The translations under genes and the position numbers were made by a program. A stretch of DNA of 63,950 nt, the filler included, from Collodictyon triciliatum (Eukaryota): assembly GCA_043381765.1 (NCBI GenBank). It is 14 parts of 14 records of this genome, joined end to end, with 100 filler letters (N's around TTAATTAATTAA, not from the genome) between each part and the next. Parts side by side here need not be neighbours in the genome. Positions count along the whole stretch, not along the records: positions 33,172 to 37,807 come from JBHJMP010005897.1; positions 37,908 to 42,542 come from JBHJMP010005898.1; positions 42,643 to 47,277 come from JBHJMP010005899.1; positions 47,378 to 52,011 come from JBHJMP010005900.1; 10 more parts are not named here. The stretch is one strand, 5' to 3'. The notes under the pieces were generated by a model. The model was not told where the DNA came from and did no database searches. It saw only the letters and a list, made by a program, of their open reading frames with translations. Positions 36,401-48,512 of the stretch are shown here, in pieces. Each line of letters begins with the position of its first letter. Positions within the stretch are counted from its first letter, which is position 1.

Positions 36401-37807
36401 CATTCGAAATGAAGAATTCAAAAGTCGTTTTAATACGTACATCTCTGGACAAGCCGAAAGAATGGCGGAGAAAGGAAAGGTGTTTGATGCCCAAGAATAC
36501 ATCCTGAATTTCTTCACATCTGGAAATGAAAAAGTGCTGCTCATACTTGGCGATTCTGGCTCTGGAAAATCACTGTTACAACAGTATATTGTGCGATTGC
36601 TTTGGGAAACGTATGAATACGGAAAGACACATATTCCTTTGTATGTTGCTCTCACTTCGTTGGAAAAGCCCAGAGAAAACGCCATCGAGGAACTGCTTCT
36701 TTCTGAGAGTAAAAACAGCTTCTACATCCCAGACTCTGATTTTCGGGTCGAACATATCAAAGAACTGAAAAAGATGAAATTCATCATTTTCCTGGATGGA
36801 TACGATGAGATTGAAGATAGTGGTACATCTTTCTACAAATCAAATAAGCTTGAAGAATGGCCCAACTGCAAGTTTGTGATTGGATGCCGAAAGCAGTTTT
36901 TGGACAAAAAATCTCAGTACCAATCGCTGTTTGCACCCAAAGCCAATCATGGGTACTCTCTGGATGAAATATATCTGAGACCTTTTGAAACTAAGCAAAG
37001 GCTCGAATACTTCAACAAGTATACTGAGAGAAATCCCATTGAAGGATGGGAAAAAGGAGAAAAGTATGAGGAAGAGTTGAAGAAAATCAAGGAGCTTGAC
37101 GAATTGGCTGTCACTCCGTTTATGATTTTCATGGCAGCCACTACCCTGCCGTCCATACTGAAGGAAAGAGTTGAGTCGAAGTCAGGAGATAATGCAAAGA
37201 TGCTGCGAACAGACTTTCTAGAGAAGTTTTCGAGGAGATGGTTCGAACGCGAAAGAGAAAAGCTTGAAGAAAATTTGTCATTGAAGCAGAAAATGCCTGA
37301 GAATTTGCCAGGATTGCTTTGGATGAAGTGCAAAGATATTGCAGAAGTCATGTTCCAGAAAGGCCATCTTGCTTTGGAGTATGACAAAGTTGAGGGGAAG
37401 GCAAAGAAGCATGATTACGATGAGTTTTTCCATCCCAATCCAGACCATATGATTGACGGTGAGCCAACTTATTCAGTCTTTGTGCTACGATGTGCACCCA
37501 TTAAGAAATCTAGTGCTACAACGTATGAGTTCTTTCACAAATCACTCTACGAATTCTTTGCTGCTGAATACATCAAAGATGAAATCAATAGTTCTGATGC
37601 AGAAAATGAAGCTTCTGCCCAACCATCAACTGAAGCTCAAAATGTTGCAACTTCCTCTGAATCCGTGAATTGTATGCCTGAAAAATCTGATGCGAAATCA
37701 CCAAGTTTCAAGCTTTTCAATGCTGTTCATTCTGTGATGAAATCAAAAGTGAAGACGAATGTTCTGGATAAAAAGCTTGAGCCTGCCATTCTGCTCAATC
37801 TGAGTGA
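33470..37807 (+). CDS. NACHT (STAND) NTPase, 3' partial; exons about 33470-33511, 33599-33693, 33840-33935, 34000-end
   Basis: Walker A VLLILGDSGSGKS (about 36549-36572), Walker B FIIFLDGYDE, KFVIGCR, TPF, winged-helix YEFFHKSLYEFFAAE. Three small 5' exons join in frame through GT-AG introns; start codon uncertain. Confidence 0.88.
34995..35245 (+). repeat. 60-bp (20-aa) coding tandem repeat, 4 copies
   Basis: (P/T)QS(D/A)GNTN(A/P)QANAGPS(N/S)..N-type units inside the NACHT gene. Confidence 0.85.
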
Positions 37808-38101
37808 NNNNNNNNNNNNNNNNNNNNNNNNNNNNNNNNNNNNNNNNNNNNTTAATTAATTAANNNNNNNNNNNNNNNNNNNNNNNNNNNNNNNNNNNNN
37901 NNNNNNNAAAACCAAAAAAACCAAAAAAACCAAAAAAACCAAAAAAACCAAAAAAACCAAAAAAACCAAAAAAACCAAAAAAACCAAAAAAACCAAAAAA
38001 ACCAAAAAAACCAAAAAAACCAAAAAAACCAAAAAAACCAAAAAAACCAAAAAAACCAAAAAAACCAAAAAAAAAAAAAGTTGACTCATGGTCTTCACAG
38101 A

Positions 38102-41100
38102 ATGGATTGTTCAAGCCCAGCGTCCCCAAAGCGACAGGAATCCGGTCTTCACATCGACACCAACACAGCAAACCATACACAAACAACGGCAGACTGCTTT
38201 TCGCAACACGAGCGGCCAAGCGAAGACAGCTTTTTCGAAGACTTTGACGAAGACTTTGACGAAGATTTCGATCACGTCGAAGAGGAATCCGCCGCCAAAA
38301 GAGACGACCGCACACACCACAGAAAACCCCGCTCAAACACGACACAGGCAGACTCGGCCCAAACGAAAATCTGCCTCCTGGAAAACACGTTCTTTGCAAG
38401 CGGAAGCCAACGCAGGCCGGGATCGTCTCTGAGCGTGAGCAGTCGAGACTGGGAAACAGTGGCCCAAAAGGACTCTGCCGAAGCGTCCAACAACGCGCAG
38501 GATTTCATGCAGACGCTTATGAGTGATCCGTACGCGTCGCCCACGGATTCGGGCGCCAGGGTTTCTGTAGCCACGGCTGCGGACTCGGAGCGCTTCTCGA
38601 CAACCGGCGTGTTGGCGATTCGCAACAGCGACAACTCGGATGTGGGCGTGTGGGTGAATCTGACGGGCCTGGGTTCTCAGCTTGCCGCAGATGACGGGTT
38701 CCGTCCTTTGTGCGATGGGATGACTGTGGAGGTGAGAGATGTGCATCGCAAATGGCTCTGGCCTGCTGGCAAATACGAGCTGATGCTATATTCTGTTGAG
38801 CTGTTTCCTGTCGTCTTTGAGTTTGCAGAGTTTTTTTCTTTTTGGGAAGGCTGATGATTTCTCTCTGTCATTTTTTTTTTAAAGCTGATTAATTCATGTG
38901 GGGCTGCTTGAATTTGTAGTATCAGTACTGCCCCTTTAGCATATTTGTATTCCTTGTATCCTTTATTCTTTAATTATTTTATTATTATTCATATTGATAA
39001 AGGCATCTGAGGTGAAAAGTTCTTTTGTATACTTAATGCTTTTATTTGTTGGAAGAAATAGTTAATTGTGTTGCGTTTCTGTTCCTCGACTTTTATCAAA
39101 CACCCAATTCGATCTTTTTTTTTAGAGTGTTTTTAACATCTACCTTGCTTACAGAGTTTGCTACACGCAAGGCTTCTCTATCCGCTAATATCCATAGTTC
39201 CCAACTGGGCGGTGCAGGATCTTTTGGTAAATGCATTCCAGTTGTGTCGTTCGGAAGTTCAGTTGTTGGATTTGTTTGTTGGTCTTGTAGCCGAAGAAAT
39301 TAAGTGGATCTCCATTGTTGCAGGTAATGTAATAACCATAAACAATATGTCATGCAAACATAATTGACTATGATATGCGAAGGGAAATGACTTTTTTTTT
39401 CAGTTTCTTTCTTATCACAACATTTACACTTTCAATTGAGACCAGCTAATTGGTTTGGTGAATTAACGCGGGATGCCTTTTTTTACTTTTGAAAAAATAA
39501 AGAATCAAGACAAGCAGCGCGAATGTCTCTTTTCTATGAAAAATCGACATTCTTCAAACTCTGCCACGCATTTCATGTTGTTGCCGGTCTTCAATACGTC
39601 GGTCATGCCATTTCCGATACTGTGATATCAGTTATCCGAGAAGCCAGCCGATTCGATGTAAGAATTTACGAAACGAAAATAAAACTAGTCCAGATCGAAG
39701 TATTTCGATGATATTAACATTTGCAGTCTTTCCTTTTGAGAACACAAAGCTAAATCAAGTTATGTTTTTTTAACGTTTCTTTGCAGTATACATGAACTTA
39801 CCTGCAATAGTATTTTTGTTCGAATTATGCAATCCTTATCATAATTTAATTCATCTCTTAGATCATGGACTTAAAAAGTGTTGATGAGGCCGAGGAAAAA
39901 TCATTCAAGATAGGATTTGCAATCAAATCTATAACAGACGCCATCACCACAAAATTCCACACATTATTCTCGTATGTTTTGGGTTCCATTATCTAAATGT
40001 ATAATTCTATATTTAATCCTTCAGTTATTGATTGATTATATATATATTATAAAAAACATTTTTTTTATCATGCTTTCGTACTGAATTCATCGGTCTCTTT
40101 GCTTTGTTGCACTGATTACTATCAGAAAGACAAACTGCGTCTACTTGGCAGCGCTGCAGAACCTAAACGAGATATTCTCAAACTACTTCAAAGAATACCG
40201 CTTTGTACGTCTGACATTTTTTTTGTACTAATGAAAATAATCGAATTATTCCCCATTTCAACATCTTAATTGATATTTACGGTAGGATTCTGGTATGTTC
40301 TTTATGCTGTTCTCCTTCGTAGCTCCTGTGTTGATGAACCCAAACCAATATGGAATTCATCCATGTAAACTTTTTCGAAGGAATTTTGATCATTTTTGAA
40401 ATATAGTGATACTGACACATTTTCATACCCATTTTGTCTCTTGAGTCGGCGCCTTACCTCTGAGATAACTATTTTTTTTTCTTTTTCTTGATACGCAGTT
40501 CCGTTGACGGATTACCAACAACAGATTGTATCGATGCTTTCTCAAATTCTTTTAAAAATATCGTTGCGTAAGTTCTCGATGAATTTTAAATAGCCTCATT
40601 TGAATTTGTTAAGATTTTGCGTAATGGCAAGCCCTTTCATTTTAGGTGGCACATTTCCAGCAGGCCCGTATTCATGTCTGAATCGGATCATTAAGTTCGA
40701 GCTGAATCAAAAAACATATTTGCTACGAAATAACTGCACGCAATTTAGGAGATATATAACTTATTTCTTATTAAATCTCTAGTGAAAACACTCCGAGGTT
40801 GACGAATTTTGTTGAAGCCTTTATCGTAATATTATTTTCAATTTTTTATTTTTTTGCTTTGTTCTCCAAGCCATTCAATCTTTTCAATGCAAAGGATGCG
40901 TATATTTCTTCTTTCTATGTCCATCGCATTATATCATACCTTAATGATCATTTTCCTCCTTCAAGGATTCACCACAAATTACACTGGAATTATTTGAGGC
41001 TGTGAATTACGGTTCTGTGGCCGAAGAGCCATGCCTTCAACCACTTTTATCTCTGATTAGAGAGCACACCATACGCCTCGTAAAAGTATGTGATTCATTT

Positions 41101-42418
41101 GAAGGAAAACAATTGCTGAGTACATTCTATCTGCCTAACCCTCCTGGCTATTTATCGAAGCAATTTACTTTATTCTCTATCTATTTCACTTCATTTTTCC
41201 GGCCATAAGTTCTCTAACATGATACCAGGTTTCTCCGAAATGTATATCCAATCTGAATAAGTTGCAGACAACCGGTCTTTTGAAGCTTCCAAGGTTCCGA
41301 TCACTTTTTTTTTTTTTACCTGAACGCATAAATTCTCAGCAATAAAGATTATCTTATCCACATTCAAAGTTGTTTTATTTAACCGTCGGCGTTGATGATA
41401 TGTCATTTATCATTACAGGGATGTTGTTGTGACTCTAAAACTAATGCACTCTGTTATCCCAGACTTGGGTGACCATGCAGGTAATATCTCCTTTATTTCA
41501 TGACTAGCTTGTGAGTAAAATTCACATTATTCCTATGGAGCTAAAATGCACATTTAATGTAAAAGTTCTCCAGAACATAATCACCCTGATGAAAAATGAG
41601 AAGATTGGTAAGATCATCTTTTACCTTCATAGGAATTTGTTCTTTTAGGGCGCAATCCTCTGTCAAAAAATATGAAAATGAGATGATATAAAATGAAATC
41701 CTTGTATAATAAACCAGTTCTTCTCCAGGTATTCCTGTATCCGAAAAAGTTGTTAAACATTCTGTTTTATTCGGACCTAGGATGGAAAAATGTTTCACAG
41801 GTAACTGAATTGCATATCCGCCCCTTTTTAAATATCATTTAAACATGCATGATATACTTTGATATGTTTTGTAAAGTATCTCGTTTCCCCTCTTAAACTA
41901 ACAACAGGCTGTGAAGCTGTGGACTGGTTTATTACTCACATATATCAGTTCTCATCCTTTTCGATAGAAAGAAGGCGTCCCATGGCTGTGGAGTTTGGGT
42001 ACTATCCTATATATACACTCCATCAACCAGATAATAAATTAATGAACTGTATAATAGTAACTGAGCACTTTTCGTATGATGTAGGTCGAGACTCCTTAGA
42101 ATGCAGATTCTATCATCCGTTGGGTCAAGTTCTAGTTTCAGGGACAATCCGTCCCTCTACAAATTTACCGTAACACCCCCTATCAATTGATATTAATTCG
42201 AATAAAATCAATTAAAAGGCATCCATTAATCATATAGAAAATAAATAAATAAAAATAAATAAGGTGCTGAAGAAAGTCGTACACAGTTTCTGACAGCTTT
42301 CATGTCTGTATTTGATTGATTTATATTTTCTAAAATTGGTACAAAATAGGAGAAGAAATCTCAGCACGTTCTAAACTCTACCATTCTTTGGGGCCCTTCC
42401 AAATCAAAACCTCTTGAC
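38102..42418 (+). CDS. RasGAP-like domain + DEP domain protein, multi-exon, 3' partial
   Basis: LLDLFVGLVAEEI; SLFYEKSTFFKLCHAFHVVAGLQYVGHAISDTVISVI; MFFMLFSFVAPVLMNPNQYGI (RasGAP blocks); CFT|GCEAVDWF..MAVEF|GRDSLECRFYHPL..FRDNPSLYKF (DEP). Confidence 0.7.
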
Positions 42419-42644
42419 GTAAAATCAAATCAAATCAAATCAAATCAAATCAAATCAAATCAAATCAAATCAAATCAAATCAAATCAAATCAAATCAAAT
42501 CAAATCAAATCAAATCAAATCAAATCAAATCAAATCAAATCANNNNNNNNNNNNNNNNNNNNNNNNNNNNNNNNNNNNNNNNNNNNTTAATTAATTAANN
42601 NNNNNNNNNNNNNNNNNNNNNNNNNNNNNNNNNNNNNNNNNNGA

Positions 42645-45600
42645 TTCAAAATTATCTCGTCATCACGAAATCATACACTAGACACTCAAAGTGGAGAAAT
42701 ACATATCCAGGCACTAGACACAAGACGCCTCAAGAGGTTAAGATCAGAAGAATTATCGTTTATGCCCAAAAATCCTTCTAAAAAAGACTTCGGATTCACA
42801 AAGACACCAATCTATGAAAACGATTCAAGAGTGGCAAGTAATACACAAGACTTTGAATTCACAAAGACGTCAATCTATGAAAACGAATCAAAAGAGGAAA
42901 GTAATACACAAGACTTTGGATTCACAAAGACACCAATATATGAAAACGAATCAAGAGTGGCAAGTAATACACAAGACTTTGAATTCACAAAGACGTCAAT
43001 CTATGAAAATGAATCAAAAGTGGAAAGTAATACACAAGACTTTGGATTCACGAAGACACCAATATATGAAAACGAATCAAGAGTGGCAAGTAATACACAA
43101 GACTTTGGATTCACAAAGACACCAATCTATGAAAACGATTCAAGAGTGGCAAGTAATACACAAGACTTTGGATTCACAAAGACACCAATATATGAAAACG
43201 AATCAAAAGTAGCAAGTAATACACAGGATTTTGGATTTACAAAGACACCAATCTATGAAAACGAATCAAAAGTGGCAAGTAATACACAAGACTTCGGATT
43301 CACGAAGACGTCAATCTATGAAAACGATTCAAGAGTGGCAAGTAATACACAAGACTTTGGATTCACGAAGACACCAATCTATGAAAACGAATCAAAAGAG
43401 GAAAGTAATACACAAGACTTTGGATTCACGAAGACACCAATCTATGAAAACGATTCAATAGTGGCAAGTAATACACAAGACTTTGAATTCACGAAGACAA
43501 CAATCTATGAAAACGAATCAAAAGAGGAAAGTAACACACAAGACTTTGGATTCACGAAGACACCAATCTATGAAAACGATTCAAGAGTGGCAAGTAATAC
43601 ACAAGACTTTGGATTCACAAAGACACCAATCTATGAAAAAGATTCAAGAGAGGCAAGTAGTACACAAGACTTTGGATTCACGAAGACACCAATCTATGAA
43701 AACGAATCAAGAGTGGCAAGTAATACACAAGACTTTGGATTCACGAAGACATCAATCTATGACAACGATTCAAGAGAGGCAAGTAATACACAAGACTTTG
43801 GATTCACAAAGACACCAATCTATGAAAGTGAATCAAGAGAGGCAAGTAGCACACAAGATTTTGCATTTACAAAGACACCAATCTATGAAAACGAATCAAA
43901 AGAGGCAAGCAACACACAAGATTTTGCATTTACAAAGACACCAATCTATGAAAACGAATCAAAAGAGGCAAGTAATACACAAGATTTTGGATTCACAAAG
44001 ACACCAATCTATGAAAGTGAATCAAGAGAGGCAAGCAACACACAAGATTTTGCATTTACAAAGACACCAATCTATGAAAACGATTCAAGAGAGGAAAGTA
44101 ATACACAAGACTTTGGATTCACAAAGACACCAATCTATGAAAGTGAATCAAAAGAGGAAAGTAATACACAAGACTTTGGATTCACAAAGACGTCAATATA
44201 TGAAAATGAATCAAAAGTAGCAAGTAATACACAAGACTTTGGATTCACAAAGACGTCAATCTATGAAAATGGATCAAAAGAGGAAAGTAATACACAAGAC
44301 TTTGGATTCACAAAGACACCAATCTATGAAAAAGATTCAAGAGTGGCAAGTAATACACAAGACTTTGGATTCACAAAGACACCAATCTATGAAAACGAAT
44401 CAAAAGTAGCAAGTAATACACAGGATTTTGGATTTACAAAGACACCAATCTATGAAAACGAATCAAAAGTGGCAAGTAGCACACAAGACTTTGGATTCAC
44501 AAAGACGTCAATATATGAAAATGAATCAAAAGTAGCAAGTAATACACAAGACTTTGGATTCACAAAGACACCAATCTATGAAAACGAATCAAAAGAGGAA
44601 AGTAATACACAAGACTTTGGATTCACAAAGACGTCAATCTATGAAAATGGATCAAGAGTGGCAAGTAATACACAAGACTTTGGATTCACAAAGACACCAA
44701 TCTATGAAAACGAATCAAAAGAGGAAAGTAATACACAAGACTTTGGATTCACGAAGACACCAATCTATGACAACGATTCAAGAGAGGCAAGTAATACACA
44801 AGACTTTGAATTCACAAAGACACCAATCTATGAAAGTGAATCAAGAGAGGCAAGTAGCACACAAGATTTTGCATTTACAAAGACACCAATCTATGACAAT
44901 GAATCAAAAGAGGCAAGTAATACACAAGACTTTGAATTTACAAAGACATCAATATATGAGCCAACTATAACAATTACTCATCATGGCATCTCATATTCAA
45001 CGCCGAAGAAAAATAATTTCCAAACAGAATCAAACATGTTATATTTATCAGAATCAAAAACAGTTCCAAAGAAAAAGTCTAGTGTGTCATATCCATCCAT
45101 AAAAACATCGTTATTTGAAAATCCGTCTCAGTCCCAATCCCAATCCCAATCCCAATCCCAATCCCAATCCCAATCCCAATCTCAATCTCAATCCCAGTCT
45201 CAATCCCAATCTCAATCCCAATCTCAGTCTCAGTCTCAGTCCCAATCTCAATCTCAATCCCAATCCCAATCCCAATCCCAATCCCAATCCCAATCCCAAT
45301 CCCAATCCCAATATCAGTCCCAATCCCAATCCCAATCCCAATCCCAATCCCAATCTCAATCCCAATCTCGATCTCTATCTGAGACAAATGGAACACCTTC
45401 TCAATCCAAATCTCAATCTCAATCTCAATCAACATCAAACTCAATATCTCAATCGTTATCTGAGACAAATGAAACACCTTCTCAATCCCAGTCTCAATCT
45501 CAGTCTCAGTCTCAATCGCAGTCTCAATCCCAATCTCAGTCTCAGTCTCAGTCTCAATCCCAATCTCAATCCCAATCCCAGTCTCAATCCCAATCTCAAT

Positions 45601-47277
45601 CTCAATCCCAATCTCAATCTCAGTCTCAGTCGCAATCTCAGTCTCAATCTCAGTCCCAATCGCAATCTCAATCGCAGTCTCAGTCTCAATCCCAATCCCA
45701 ATCTCAATCCCAATCTCAATCCCAATACCAATCTCAATCCCAATCTCAATCCCAATCTCAATCCCAGTCTCAATCTCAATCCCAGTCTCAATCCCAGTCT
45801 CAATCTCAGTCTCAGTCCCAATCTCAATCCCAGTCTCAATCCCAATCTCAGTCCCAGTCCCAATCTCAATCTCAATCTCAATCTCAATCCCAATCCCAAT
45901 CCCAATCTCAATCCCAATCTCAATCTCAATCCCAATCCCAATCCCAATCTCAGTCTCAGTCTCAATCCCAATCTCAGTCTCAGTCTCAGTCTCAGTCCCA
46001 ATCTCAATCTCAATCCCAGTCACAGTCACAGTCTCAGTCTCAGTCTCAGTCTCAATCTCACTCTCAATCCCAATCCCAATCCCAATCTTCCATTCCAGAT
46101 CCCGTCATCACATCGGTGTCCACGAACACCGGCCCTGCTGTTGGTGGAACCCCCCTCACGATTTATGGCTCCGGATTTCTATCGTTTTCATCTTCTCCCC
46201 AAGTATTTATCGGCGAATTTGAGGCTATCGTTGGGTTCCACACTGGAAAGTTGATATCTTGCATCTCTCCTCCCGGTATAGGTCGAGACCTTCCCATCAA
46301 AGTCATAAGCGGGAGCTATGTTCTCGAGGCTACTTCTACTTGGGATTATTCCCCTCCTATTGTCAGCTCTATAAATCCATCGAGGACTTCTTTATCCGGA
46401 AACTTTCCTGCCACTATTACTGGTGAAAATTTCGGACCGCCTTCTTCACCCAATCCCTCGGTGACCATCGGAGATGTCATTTGCGCAAATGTTTTGCGAT
46501 ACAGCGATACAAATCTAGTTTGTATTTTGGGTGCTGCTCAGTTTCCATTTACTGGTGCAGTCATAGTTACGGTAGGAGGGCAAATGTCAAACACAGATGT
46601 TTCATTTGAGTACTTTGAGAGCACTATTTTGTCCATCGCACCCAACCTAGGTTCGGCCGAGGGTGGAACAAAGGTTACCATTGTCACAAAAGAAGTCTCA
46701 GACGGTACATACCCGATTGAATTTCATTATGTGGAAGATGGAGCCGAGAAATCTACAACTATTAATGGCGCAGAACTTGTTAACAATCTTGTTCATTTTA
46801 ACATTCCATCTCCAACTCAACAGTTCTACTCAAGCCAAACCGCAAAGGTGATTTCGATTCGATTTAAATATGCGCTCACAACAACTTAATTGACCATTGC
46901 TTATTTCCTATATATCCTCTCAAAATTATAAGAATCATGTTTTTATACATTCCTAACAAAGTACAAAAAAAAATCTGCAAACCTTAGATTAATATATCGC
47001 TTTCCGACTCGCAATCTCTCGGACCGGAGCTCTTTTACATCTATTCAGTACCTGTGCTGTCATCATTCGAGCCTACCGACGAGGACCACACCAAATCCTT
47101 TAACGTAACTTTGGTCGGGTCCAATTTCGTGGAGATGTTCCCAAAGTACGCCGTCTGCACAATCGAAGGACAAAATCAAGTAAACCTGTTAATTAAGCCC
47201 TTATTTTGTAAATATCCCCAAAACTCGTAAACAACATCTCAATTTTACAACTTGAATTCGATAACAGGGTGCTTTGG
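42645..47277 (+). CDS. Large repeat-rich IPT/TIG-domain (probably cell-surface) protein, partial at both ends
   Basis: Frame is open from the scaffold start. 21-aa repeats, (SQ)n tracts, then IPT/TIG domains ([61 protein letters not shown]). Further exon at 46988-47179. Confidence 0.85.
42786..44960 (+). repeat. 63-bp coding minisatellite ([21 protein letters not shown]), about 34 copies
   Basis: In-frame tandem units with limited substitutions. Confidence 0.96.
45126..46088 (+). repeat. (TCNCAR)n coding repeat giving two poly-SQ tracts
   Basis: Mostly synonymous variation between units; the tracts are separated by SLSETN(G/E)TP spacers. Confidence 0.93.
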
Positions 47278-48108
47278 NNNNNNNNNNNNNNNNNNNNNNN
47301 NNNNNNNNNNNNNNNNNNNNNTTAATTAATTAANNNNNNNNNNNNNNNNNNNNNNNNNNNNNNNNNNNNNNNNNNNNTTGGTTTGCCACGGGTTTGGGTT
47401 GAATTGGGTTGAGATTAAGCATGCAGGGATAATGCAGGAACACCTTGTGGTCGTGCGCGATAGGTCGATGTGACCGCGCCAACCATGCAAATCCTGGCTG
47501 ATGTTGCGATTTTTTGTTTTGTGTTATTTTTATTTTTTGATTTTGCATTTTTGTAGTTTATATATAACGTGTGTCACGAAAGCCAGCCGCGCGCCAAACC
47601 CGTCGCCTCCCTGGAGAACAATTGGCGGACAAGGATGGCAAGTGACGCATATTTCCGCAAGAGTTACATTTGTTGTTAGAGAGGGGCACGAAAGGCACAG
47701 TTGATGAAGGCCGATGATGTCCCCGACGAGAAGGAAAGCGCCAAGAAGCCGCTGGATGATGTACTCTTCACACATACCGCTCCACCCTTTGTTTTTTTTC
47801 TTCGCTAAACGATCCAATGCATTTTGAGCAAAGAGATATGGGGTACGAATCGTTCAATACATCGCAAGAAAAAAAAAAGAGACAGATTTCCGCCACCTTT
47901 CTTTGTCTTGTCTGTGGCCGCATAACACAAAAAACCTTCATATTTTCAAGCGAAATGGCTGGAGATGATATAATCAAGCGTGTGTGTGTTTGGAGTGCAT
48001 AGAAATCTGGCAGTGAAGGGCTGAAAAGCACACACTCACAGAAAACAAGAAAACGAAGAGCATATTATGGAATTAGTAATTACTAGTTTCGCTCAGCTAA
48101 CTCACTAA

Positions 48109-48180
48109 TCCGATATGGTGTAGTCGGTAGCACACGTGGCTTTCACCCACGCAACCCGGGTTCGATTCCCGGTATCGGAA
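48109..48180 (+). tRNA. tRNA-Glu (TTC)
   Basis: TCCGATATGGTGTAGTCGGTAGCACACGTGGCTTTCACCCACGCAACCCGGGTTCGATTCCCGGTATCGGAA, followed by a T5 tract. Confidence 0.95.
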
Positions 48181-48512
48181 TTCCTTTTTGCCCTTTTTTG
48201 TGTGTCCTTCCTCTGCTGTGTTGCGGCTTGTTCGCTTGTCCTGCCCGCGCTTCCTTTCGAGCCTACGTTCCTGCCCCAAAAAACTGCGGAGCTCCATCCC
48301 AATTCGTCACTCTGTATTAGCGAAGGTTAAAGGCATCCGACTGAAACTCCCACCGGAATTATTCCTTTATTTTTCTATGCAAGGTTGCGACAAAAGATTT
48401 TATCTTTGTTTTATGGATGTAGATGACTTAATGTAGTGTTTTTTTTTTCCAAGGCCTTCTTCGATGTTTCTCTTGAAGCCCGGAGCTTTCCAGGAACCCT
48501 GAACGAACTGTA

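Noticed and set aside
38769-38774. Possible GC donor after WLWPA in the RasGAP-like gene
   Set aside because: A canonical GAG|GTGAGA donor at about 38732 gives a frame that stays open through the next exon.
42786-44960. Regular 63-bp array as a CRISPR-like locus
   Set aside because: No unique spacers; whole units repeat in frame within a long ORF.
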